Source of the DNA: Mantamonas sphyraenae STR306
Lineage: Eukaryota; Protista; CRuMs
Direction: 5' to 3'
Length of the DNA stretch: 64,000 bases
Assembly (NCBI GenBank): GCA_026936335.1
Contig: JAPMXV010000029.1
Span: forward strand, 682,001 to 746,000
Below the pieces are notes generated by a model. The model made no database searches, had not been told where the DNA came from, and saw only the letters and a list, made by a program, of their open reading frames with translations. Below, piece by piece: positions 53,901-64,000 of this stretch. A program made the position numbers and the translations under genes. The stretch's first letter is position 1; every line of letters starts with the position of its first letter.

Positions 53901-56900
53901 CGGATTTGCGTTCCGAGTGAACGTGAGTGTGAGCGCAGGCAGCCTGTGGCTGGGCAGCACGACGGGTCTGACGTTTGGCAGTGGCGACGGAGTGAACGAC
54001 ACGTGGATTGTGTTTGACGGGTCGATCACGGCTGTGAACGCAGCACTGTCGAACATGGTGTACCGTGGAGTGACACAGTACAACGGAGCAGACGGGCTTG
54101 TTGTGTGGGTGTCTGACCAGGGAGCAGTCGGCAGCGGTGGTGAGCAGGTGTCGAACAAGACACTTGTGATCAACGTGGTGGCTGTGAACGATGCACCTGT
54201 GCTGAGTGTGCCTGGGGCACAGAGCACGGCCGAGGACACTGCGCTGACAGTGAGCGGCGTGAGTGTGGCGGACGTGGACGTTGCCGGCGGAGCGATGAAC
54301 GTGAACGTGAGTGTGAGTGCTGGCCGAGTGTGGCTGGCGAGCACGAACGGCCTTGTGTTCAGTGCAGGCAACGGCAGCAGCGACGGACGGGTGGAGTTCA
54401 GCGGCAGCGTGACGGATGTGAACAACGCGCTGGCGACAGTTGTGTACATGCCGGACAGTGCGTTCAACGGAGTGGACAGCATTGTGGTGAGCGTGAACGA
54501 CGGTGGCAACACGGGCAGTGGCGGAGTGCTTGGAGACAGTGGCAGCATTGTTGTGACTGTGTCGAGCGTGAACGACGCGCCTGTGCTGAGTGTGCCGAGT
54601 GGACAGAGCGGCGTTGAGGACACGGATCTGACGATTGGTGGCATCAGCGTGAGCGATGTGGACATTGCGGGCAGTCTGCTGCTGGTGAACGTGAGCGCAA
54701 GCCAGGGTGTGGTGACACTGGGCAGCATGAGCGGCGTGACGATTGTGGACGGAGCAGCATCGGGCACGAAGGATGTGCGCTTTGTGGCGACGCTGACAAA
54801 CGCAAACGCGGCGCTGAACAACATTGTGTACCGTGGAGACGCGCAGTACAATGGAGGAGACACGATCACGGTGACAGTGAACGACCAGGGAGCAAGTGGC
54901 ACGGGTGGAGCACTGGGCGACACGCGCACGATTGGTGTGAGTGTGAGTGCGGTGAACGACGCGCCTGTGCTGAGCCTGCCTTCGCCAGTTGCTGTTTCTG
55001 AGGACAGTGGTCTGACGATCAGTGGCCTCTCTGTGTCCGATCTGGATGTCGGGGCTTCCAATCTGCAGGTCACCTTCAACTCTACTCTCGGAAAGATCTG
55101 GTTGATTAACACTGCTGGACTCTCGTTTGCTCCAGAGTGTCCCACTGGACGCGAGTGCAAGTTTATTCGTTTCCAGGGCACATACACTGCAACTGCCGCT
55201 GCGCTGAGTCCTATTTTCTACGCGGGTGACCCAGATGCTCAAGGTCTAGAGCAAATTGTGATTGAAGTGTCTGATCTTGGAAACACTGGTGCGGGCGGGC
55301 CGTTGACCGATTCGGGTGTCCTCAACGTGACCATTGAGAACCTTAACGATCGCCCTGTGCCAAGTGTTCAGAGCCTCATGAGCACGAATGAGGATACCCC
55401 TATCAACATTACCAACATCTCTGTGGTGGATCTGGATTCCCCTATTCTGTACCTCAACATCTCCGTTGCATCTGGTTTCATCGATATCCCCAACACAGCA
55501 GGGTTGACAATCGTTGAGAACAACAATGGTACCGGAATCAATGGGTCAAACCACATCTACAAATTCGAAGCACCCATCGCAGACATGAACGCCGCACTGC
55601 AGAGTGTGGTTTACTATCCGCCCAAGGACTTTGTTGGGCTTGACTACATTGTGCTCACCTTCCACGACGAACGTGGAGTTTCGGGTCAAAACGAAAACCG
55701 CGTCTCTGAGGCGGTCATCTACATGACAGTCATCGACGTAAACGACGGGCCATCATTGCTCGTTCCCGGTGCGCAAACCACAGCAGAGGACGTGGACCTC
55801 ACCATCGCTGGTATCGCCGTATCCGATATCGACGTAGCCGCTCAACCGTTCCAGGCAAACGTGAGCGTGAGCCAGGGTGTGGTGACAACGGTTTTTACGA
55901 CAGGCCTGACATTCAGTGTTGGCGACGGTGCGTCGGACGCGACGATGAGCTTCACGGGCACGCTGACCCAGGTGCAGACGGCACTGGGTGTGCTGGTGTA
56001 CCGCGGGGCACAGGATTACAACGGCGCAGACACGCTTGTGGTGCGCGTGAGTGACCTGGGCAACGTGGGTGTGGGTGGAGAGTTGACAGACAGCGGCAGC
56101 GTGGGCATCACGGTGACGCAGGTGAACGACCGCCCTGCCATCACACCTGTGGGTGGAGTGAACGTGGACGAGGACACGGATCTGACGATTGCAGGCATCA
56201 CTGTGACGGACATTGACGTGGGCGGAGAGTCCATGGAGATGAACTTGACGGTGACGCATGGTGTGCTGACGAGCGTGAACGCAGGCGGCGTGACGTTTGT
56301 GTCTGGCACAAGCAACGGAGGACGCAGTCTGGTGCTGAACGGCACGGTGACGGCGCTGAACGCGGCCATCGGGCAGGTGGTGTACCACGGCGACCTGCAC
56401 TTCTTTGGCAGCGACTCGCTCGAACTGAGCGTGCGCGACAAGGGCAACACGGGAGCCGGCGGTGAGCAGACAGACAGCCAGAGTGTGGCGATCACTGTGA
56501 ATGGTGTGAACGACGCGCTGGTGATCACTCTGCCGAGTGCACAGAGTGTGGCTGAGGACACGGATCTGACGATTGGTGGCATCAGCGTGAGCGATGTGGA
56601 CGTGGCCGGATTTGCGTTCCGAGTGAACGTGAGTGTGAGCGCAGGCAGCCTGTGGCTGGGCAGCACGACGGGTCTGACGTTTGGCAGTGGCGACGGAGTG
56701 AACGACACGTGGATTGTGTTTGACGGGTCGATCACGGCTGTGAACGCAGCACTGTCGAACATGGTGTACCGTGGAGTGACACAGTACAACGGAGCAGACG
56801 GGCTTGTTGTGTGGGTGTCTGACCAGGGAGCAGTCGGCAGCGGTGGTGAGCAGGTGTCGAACAAGACGCTTGTGATCAACGTGGTGGCTGTGAACGACGC

Positions 56901-59900
56901 ACCTGTGCTGAGTGTGCCTGGGGCACAGAGCACGGCCGAGGACACTGCGCTGACAGTGAGCGGCGTGAGTGTGGCGGACGTGGACGTTGCCGGCGGAGCG
57001 ATGAACGTGAACGTGAGTGTGAGTGCTGGCCGAGTGTGGCTGGCGAGCACGAACGGCCTTGTGTTCAGTGCAGGCAACGGCAGCAGCGACGGACGGGTGG
57101 AGTTCAGCGGCAGCGTGACGGATGTGAACAACGCGCTGGCGACAGTTGTGTACATGCCGGACAGTGCGTTCAACGGAGTGGACAGCATTGTGGTGAGCGT
57201 GAACGACGGTGGCAACACGGGCAGTGGCGGAGTGCTTGGAGACAGTGGCAGCATTGTTGTGACTGTGCTGAGCGTGAACGACGCGCCTGTGCTGAGTGTG
57301 CCGAGTGGACAGAGCGGCGTTGAGGACACGGATCTGACGATTGGTGGCATCAGCGTGAGCGATGTGGACATTGCGGGCAGTCTGCTGCTGGTGAACGTGA
57401 GCGCAAGCCAGGGTGTGGTGACACTGGGCAGCATGAGCGGCGTGACGATTGTGGACGGAGCAGCATCGGGCACGAAGGATGTGCGCTTTGTGGCGACGCT
57501 GACAAACGCAAACGCGGCGCTGAACAACATTGTGTACCGTGGAGACGCGCAGTACAATGGAGGAGACACGATCACGTGTGACAGTGAACGACCAGGGAGC
57601 AAGTGGCACGGGTGGAGCACTGGGCGACACGCGCACGATTGGTGTGAGTGTGAGTGCGGTGAACGACGCGCCTGTGTTGACTGTGCCTGGTGGACAGAAC
57701 GTGAACGAGGAGACCGACCTGACGATCGGCGGTATCAGCGTGGCAGATGTGGACGCAGCAGCCGGTATGGTTGCCGTGAACGTGAGTGTGACGTCTGGTC
57801 AGATGTGGCTGGGCAGCACGAGCGGCCTTGTGTTTGGTGCTGGCAACGGCAGCAGCGACGCAACGGTGCGTTTCACGGGCACGTTGACCAACGTGAACGC
57901 AGCGCTGACGAACCTGGTGTATCGTGGCAACGCGAACTTCCAGGGCACGGACAGCGTGGTGTTGAGTGTGAACGATCTGGGCAACACGGGCGCGGGTGGA
58001 GCGCTGGGTGACAGTGCCGTGATTGTGGTGACTGTGGCCGAAGTGAACGATGCGCCTGTGCTGACGGCACCGGCCACTGTGAGTGTGAACGAAGACACGA
58101 GCAGTGCCATTGGCGGTCTGAGCGTGGTCGATGGCGACGTTGGCAGCGCGCGCATGCAACTGCGTCTGAGTGTGTCACAGGGTGTGTTGAGCCTGGGTAG
58201 CACAAGCGGACTGTTGTTTGCTGTTGGTGACGGCGTGTCTGACAGCACGATTGAGTGCAACGGCACGGTGACGGATGTGAACGCGGCTTTGGGCAGCGTG
58301 ACGTACGTGGCAAACAGCAACTACAACGGAGCGGATACGCTGGCTGTGTTTGTGGACGACCTCGGCAACAGTGGTCTGGGAGGAGCACTGAACGACACGG
58401 CGAACGTGGCGATCACAGTTGTGGCTGTGAACGACGGCCCTGTGCTGAGTGTTGTGTCTGCACAGAGTGTGGCTGAGGACGTGGATCTGACGATCAACGG
58501 CATCAGCGTGACGGACGTGGACGTTGCAGGCAACGCATTCCAGGCGAACGTGAGCGTGAGCCAGGGTGTGGTGACCGCAGTGACGACGACGGGCCTGACA
58601 TTCAGTGTTGGCGACGGTGCGTCGGACGCGACGATGAGCTTCACGGGCACGCTGACCCAGGTGCAGACGGCACTGGGTGTGCTGGTGTACCGCGGGGCAC
58701 AGGATTACAACGGCGCAGACACGCTTGTGGTGCGCGTGAGTGACCTGGGCAACGTGGGTGTGGGGGGAGAGTTGACAGACAGCGGCAGCGTGGGCATCAC
58801 GGTGACGCAGGTGAACGACCGCCCTGCCATCACACCTGTGGGTGGAGTGAACGTGGACGAGGACACGGATCTGACGATTGCAGGCATCACTGTGACGGAC
58901 ATTGACGTGGGCGGAGAGTCCATGGAGATGAACTTGACGGTGACGCATGGTGTGCTGACGAGCGTGAACGCAGGCGGCGTGACGTTTGTGTCTGGCACAA
59001 GCAACGGAGGACGCAGTCTGGTGCTGAACGGCACGGTGACGGCGCTGAACGCGGCCATCGGGCAGGTGGTGTACCACGGCGACCTGCACTTCTTTGGCAG
59101 CGACTCGCTCGAACTGAGCGTGCGCGACAAGGGCAACACGGGAGCCGGCGGTGAGCAGACAGACAGCCAGAGTGTGGCGATCACTGTGAATGGTGTGAAC
59201 GACGCGCTGGTGATCACTCTGCCGAGTGCACAGAGTGTGGCTGAGGACACGGATCTGACGATTGGTGGCATCAGCGTGAGCGATGTGGACGTGGCCGGGT
59301 TTGCGTTCCGAGTGAACGTGAGTGTGAGCGCAGGCAGCCTGTGGCTGGGCAGCACGACGGGTCTGACGTTTGGCAGTGGCGACGGAGTGAACGACACGTG
59401 GATTGTGTTTGACGGGTCGATCACGGCTGTGAACGCAGCACTGTCGAACATGGTGTACCGTGGAGTGACACAGTACAACGGAGCAGACGGGCTTGTTGTG
59501 TGGGTGTCTGACCAGGGAGCAGTCGGCAGCGGTGGTGAGCAGGTGTCGAACAAGACGCTTGTGATCAACGTGGTGGCTGTGAACGACGCACCTGTGCTGA
59601 GTGTGCCTGGGGCACAGAGCACGGCCGAGGACACTGCGCTGACAGTGAGCGGCGTGAGTGTGGCGGACGTGGACGTTGCCGGCGGAGCGATGAACGTGAA
59701 CGTGAGTGTGAGTGCTGGCCGAGTGTGGCTGGCGAGCACGAACGGCCTTGTGTTCAGTGCAGGCAACGGCAGCAGCGACGGACGGGTGGAGTTCAGCGGC
59801 AGCGTGACGGATGTGAACAACGCGCTGGCGACAGTTGTGTACATGCCGGACAGTGCGTTCAACGGAGTGGACAGCATTGTGGTGAGCGTGAACGACGGTG

Positions 59901-62900
59901 GCAACACGGGCAGTGGCGGAGTGCTTGGAGACAGTGGCAGCATTGTTGTGACTGTGTCGAGCGTGAACGACGCGCCTGTGCTGAGTGTGCCGAGTGGACA
60001 GAGCGGCGTTGAGGACACGGATCTGACGATTGGTGGCATCAGCGTGAGCGATGTGGACATTGCGGGCAGTCTGCTGCTGGTGAACGTGAGCGCAAGCCAG
60101 GGTGTGGTGACACTGGGCAGCATGAGCGGCGTGACGATTGTGGACGGAGCAGCATCGGGCACGAAGGATGTGCGCTTTGTGGCGACGCTGACAAACGCAA
60201 ACGCGGCGCTGAACAACATTGTGTACCGTGGAGACGCGCAGTACAATGGAGGAGACACGATCACGGTGACAGTGAACGACCAGGGAGCAAGTGGCACGGG
60301 TGGAGCACTGGGCGACACGCGCACGATTGGTGTGAGTGTGAGTGCGGTGAACGACGCGCCTGTGTTGACTGTGCCTGGTGGACAGAACGTGAACGAGGAC
60401 GTTCAGTTGACGATCACGGGTGTTTCGGTGACCGACGTCGACGTGGGTGCAGGGCTGCTGCAAGTCAACGTGAGTGTGGCTTCCGGTCGTGTGTGGTTGA
60501 AGTCCCTGGCCGGCCTTGGAGTGGAAGCAGGCAGTGGCAGCGGTGATGCCAGCCTGCGTGTGGTCGGCAACCTGACGTCTGTGAATGCGGCGCTGTCCGA
60601 GATGGTGTACCAGGGCAACCTGCACTTTGTGGGTGCCGACAGCTTGGCGATTGCAGTGAACGATCTGGGCAACACCGGGTCGGGTGGTGCTTTGGGCGAT
60701 GCACAGAGCATTGCGGTGACTGTGGCAGGTGTGAACGACGCGCCTGTTCTGAGTGTGCCGAGTGCGCAGAGCGGCATGGAGGACACGGACATTGCGCTCG
60801 GTGGCATCAGCGTGAGCGATGTGGACGTGGCTGCGAACGAACTTGTGGTTGATCTGCAGGTGAGCAGCGGTGTTCTGACGCTTGGCGGCACGACGACGGG
60901 CCTGACGTTTGTGACGGGCGGTCCGTCGCTGAACGCCGTGATGCGCTTCCGAGGCAGCCTGACGAACATCAACACGGCGATGAGCAGTGTGGTGTACCGT
61001 GGCAACACGCACTACAACGGAGCGGACACGGTGCTGGTTACTGTGAACGACCAGGGAGCCGTGGGCATTGGTGGTGCTCTGAGCGATGCGGCCAATGTGT
61101 CTGTGACTGTGAATGCTGTGAACGACGCACCTTCGGTCGCTGTGGGTGGAGCCCAGAATGTGGACGAAGACGAACTCCTCGGTGTCACAGGGATCTCTGT
61201 GGCGGATGTGGATGTCGCTGGAACAAGCATGACGGTGAACGTAAGCGTGAGCCGTGGTGTGTTGACCCTGGGTTCGTCGACGGGACTTGTGTTTTCAAGT
61301 GGCGACGGAGCTGCTGATGCGTCGATGGTGTTTTCAGGCACGCTGACGAGTGTGAACAGTGCGTTGGCGACGCTGCAGTACCAGGGCAACCTGGACTTCA
61401 ACGGATTGGACAACGTGGTCGTTGGCGTTAGTGACAACGGAGGTACTGGAGCTGGTGGGGCGCTGTCAGCTTCCGCCAGCAAGCTTCTGGTTGTGAACGC
61501 GGTGAACGACAAGGTGAACATCACGGTGCTGGACACGCAGAGCGTGAACGAGGACACGGACCTGACCATGTATGGCATCAGCATCTCTGATGTGGACATT
61601 GGAGGCGACACGATGCTTGTGAACGTGACGGTGACGGAGGGCCTTGTGAGCCTTGGCAACACTGCAGGGTTGACGTTTACGCAGGGTGACGGTGCGGCGG
61701 ACGCGGATGTGCGCTTCTCGGGCAACCTGACGGCAATCAACGCGGCGCTGAACGGCCTTGTGTATCGCGGTGCGCAGCACTGGAATGGTGCTGAGCTGCT
61801 GCGTGTGTGGGCGTCTGATCAGGGCTTCGGCAGTGCGAACGGCACGGTGACGGAGACGGAGAAGCTTCAGGTGATCAACGTGCTTGCTGTAAACGACGCG
61901 CCTGTGATCGGTGTGACAAGCAGCAGCGTGGCGACGGCTGAGGATGTGAGCGTGAATGTGACTGGCCTGAGTGTGAGTGACGTTGACGTGATGGCATCTG
62001 CAGTGTCTGTGAATCTGACTGCGACCAGTGGTGTGATGACGCTCGGATCGACGAGTGGGCTCGCTTTCACGCTTGGCAGTGGCAACTCGAACAAGGAGAT
62101 GCAGTTCTCGGGCACCTTGACTGCAGTGAACGCTGCGTTGGCATCTGGCGTGTCGTATGTGGGAGATGTGCATTTCAACGGGGCCGACAGCATTGTGGTG
62201 ACTGTGAGTGACCAGGGTGCAAGTGGATCTGGTGGAGAACAGACGGCAACGGCGACGATCGCTGTGAGCGTGAGCGCTGTGAACGACGGGCCTGTATTGA
62301 GTGTGCCCAGTGCACAGAACGCGGTGGAGGACACTGATCTGACGATCGGTGGCATTAGCGTGAGTGACGTGGATGTGGCGGGCAGCAACGTGCGTTTCAA
62401 CGTGAGCGTTAGCAACGGTCGCGTTTGGTTGGCAAGCACGACGGGCCTTGTGTTCGCAGAGGGCGACGGAGTGTCTGATGTGCGTGTGCGTGCAGAGGGC
62501 ACGCTGACCGCGGTGAACGCGGCACTTGCCAGCGTTGTCTACCACGGCGATGCCAACTTTGTCGGTGTGGATAGCCTGCTTGTCTCTGTGGATGACAATG
62601 GCAACACCGGAAGTGGTGGCGTTTTGTCTGCGTCGAAGTGTGGTGAGTGAGCATCGTGGTCGCGAGTGTGAACGATGGACCTGTGCTGAGCGTGCCTGGT
62701 GGTCAGAGCGCTGTGGAAGACACGACGCTGGTGATCAACGGGATCAGTGTGAGCGACACGGACGCGGGAACGGGACAGATGTACTTCAATGTGACGAGCG
62801 TGAACGGTGTTGTGACTTTTGGCACAACCACGGGTTTCACGTTTGTGGTTGGCGACGGAGTGTCAGACAGCCGTGTGGAGTTCACGGCATCGCAGCAGGC

Positions 62901-64000
62901 GTTCAACGCGTCGATGATTGCGAGTGGCCTGGCGTATCGCGGCAACGCCCACTTTGAAGGAGCAGATGTGATCACGTTGACAGTGAATGATCAAGGCAAC
63001 ACGGGCGGATCGGCATTGAACGACACGCGCACGATTGGTGTGAGTGTGAGTGCGGTGAACGACGCGCCTGTGCTGACTGTGCCCGGTGGACAGAACGTGA
63101 ACGAGGAGACCGACCTGACGATCGGCGGTATCAGCGTGGCAGATGTGGACGCAGCAGCCGGTGTGGTTGCCGTGAACGTGAGTGTGACGTCTGGTCAGAT
63201 GTGGCTGGGCAGCACGAGCGGCCTTGTGTTTGGTGCTGGCAACGGCAGCAGCGACGCAACGGTGCGTTTCACGGGCACGTTGACCAACGTGAACGCAGCG
63301 CTGACGAACCTGGTGTATCGTGGCAACGCGAACTTCCAGGGCACGGACAGCGTGGTGTTGAGTGTGAACGATCTGGGCAACACGGGCGCGGGTGGAGCGC
63401 TGGGTGACAGTGCCGTGATTGTGGTGACTGTGGCCGAAGTGAACGATGCGCCTGTGCTGACGGCACCGGCCACTGTGAGTGTGAACGAAGACACGAGCAG
63501 TGCCATTGGCGGTCTGAGCGTGGTCGATGGCGACGTTGGCAGCGCGCGCATGCAACTGCGTCTGAGTGTGTCACAGGGTGTGTTGAGCCTGGGTAGCACA
63601 AGCGGACTGTTGTTTGCTGTTGGTGACGGCGTGTCTGACAGCACGATTGAGTGCAACGGCACGGTGACGGATGTGAACGCGGCTTTGGGCAGCGTGACGT
63701 ACGTGGCAAACAGCAACTACAACGGAGCGGATACGCTGGCTGTGTTTGTGGACGACCTCGGCAACAGTGGTCTGGGAGGAGCACTGAACGACACGGCGAA
63801 CGTGGCGATCACGGTTGTGGCTGTGAACGACGGCCCTGTGCTGAGTGTTGTGTCTGCACAGAGTGTGGCTGAGGACGTGGATCTGACGATCAACGGCATC
63901 AGCGTGACGGACGTGGACGTTGCAGGCAACGCATTGCAGGCGAACGTGAGCGTGAGCCAGGGTGTGGTGACCGCAGTGACGACGACGGGCCTGACATTCA
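29976..64000 (+). CDS. Giant secreted/cell-surface adhesin-like protein (>11,000 aa, 3' end outside window): SP-LamG-EGF-unknown domain-2xPSI-EGF array-~80 cadherin/bacterial-Ig-like repeats
   Basis: Signal peptide MRKHSSIHAVLVVSIILTLFVSLSHA. Phase-consistent exons are 29976-30072, 30182-30596, 30810-30913, 30993-31076, 31238-31285, 31512-31655, 31782-31904 and 32035 onward. LamG-like FTDQSGYGHHATA..RPTL..FDGSND. PSI CGDC....CGWC occurs twice. Cys-rich EGF repeats run to ~34120, then continuous VNDAP..ED..SVSDVD..VYRG..NG.D repeats. The provided ORFs are fragments split by frame breaks at ~34258, ~46835, ~49949, 57577 and ~62640. Confidence 0.9.
48015..49261 (+). repeat. Near-identical ~1.25-kb block, copy 1 of 4 (others start at 53416, 56122 and 58811)
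   Basis: Starts gtgaacgaccgccctgccatcacacctgtgggtgga. Matches the other copies almost base for base. Confidence 0.93.
53005..54974 (+). repeat. Near-identical ~2-kb block (includes copy 2), matching 58400-60365 and 55850-57676
   Basis: Direct visual alignment shows only scattered substitutions. Confidence 0.93.
55850..57676 (+). repeat. Near-identical block, copy 3
   Basis: Matches 53144-54969. Carries an extra T at 57577 relative to the other copies. Confidence 0.92.
58400..60395 (+). repeat. Near-identical block, copy 4
   Basis: Matches 53005-54969, and its 3' end also matches 57627-57710. Confidence 0.92.
63023..64000 (+). repeat. Near-identical ~1-kb copy of 57627-58603 (continues past window end)
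   Basis: From acacgcgcacgattggtgtgagtgtgag onward the two stretches are essentially identical at an offset of ~5396. Confidence 0.92.

Larger units (their letters stand above)
34130..64000 (+). repeat. Tandem array of ~4 short (~95-100 aa) and ~75 long (~127 aa, ~385 nt) cadherin-like/Ig-like coding repeats
   Basis: A gtcaacgac/gtgaacgac (VND) boundary recurs about every 380-390 nt from ~35270 to the window end. Confidence 0.92.

Noticed and set aside
42060-60240. RGD integrin-binding motifs in the stalk (YRGDV/YRGDA)
   Set aside because: They fall in the structural VYRG(N/D) consensus position of the repeat, so they are expected by chance.
34250-62660. Programmed ribosomal frameshifting at the frame breaks
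   Set aside because: There is no common slippery sequence or direction, and one break is a plain insertion relative to identical paralogous copies.
34226-63929. Many long antisense and alternative-frame ORFs (up to 1301 aa) over the giant gene
   Set aside because: These are shadow ORFs arising from repetitive, GC-rich biased codon usage. Their translations have no protein-like motifs.
34298-64000. Bacterial contaminant contig or chimeric join carrying an RTX/LapA-type adhesin
   Set aside because: The repeats continue directly from an intron-containing EGF/PSI gene whose splice signals match its neighbours, and they are rich in N-glycosylation sequons.
48015-64000. CRISPR array or transposon-derived repeats
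   Set aside because: The repeats are kb-scale, in-frame protein-coding duplications, with no spacer structure, terminal repeats or transposase.

Overview
Eukaryotic, GC-rich, very gene-dense genomic DNA with short GT-AG introns, probably from a free-living protist (the organism cannot be named from sequence alone). The left 30 kb holds 16 protein genes, many separated by only 28-190 bp. In order: a GCK-III/MST3-like STE20 kinase, a multi-TM + degenerate STAND-NTPase + TPR + 2xDEP protein, a START protein, SRP54, USP39/Sad1, a putative Ig-fold DNA-binding protein, an OS-9-like MRH lectin, ATP synthase subunit d, a RING-TM-ankyrin protein, a secreted prepro-PLA2, Rab32/38, an SLC43-like MFS transporter, a myristoylated IQ protein, LRRC61, a SID-1 family protein, and a protein with a toxin/RNase-like C-terminal domain. 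The right 34 kb (29976 to beyond 64000) is one giant secreted/surface protein gene of more than 11,000 codons. Its architecture is signal peptide, LamG-like domain, EGF, an uncharacterised domain, 2 PSI domains, an EGF array, then about 80 bacterial-adhesin-type cadherin/Ig-like repeats. These repeats form a higher-order ~2.7/5.4/10.8-kb super-repeat and contain near-identical, recently copied blocks. Six small frame breaks (five in the giant gene, one in SID-1) look like residual assembly indels. No rRNA, tRNA, CRISPR array or transposon was recognised. All domain calls are by eye from motif memory, not from database searches.
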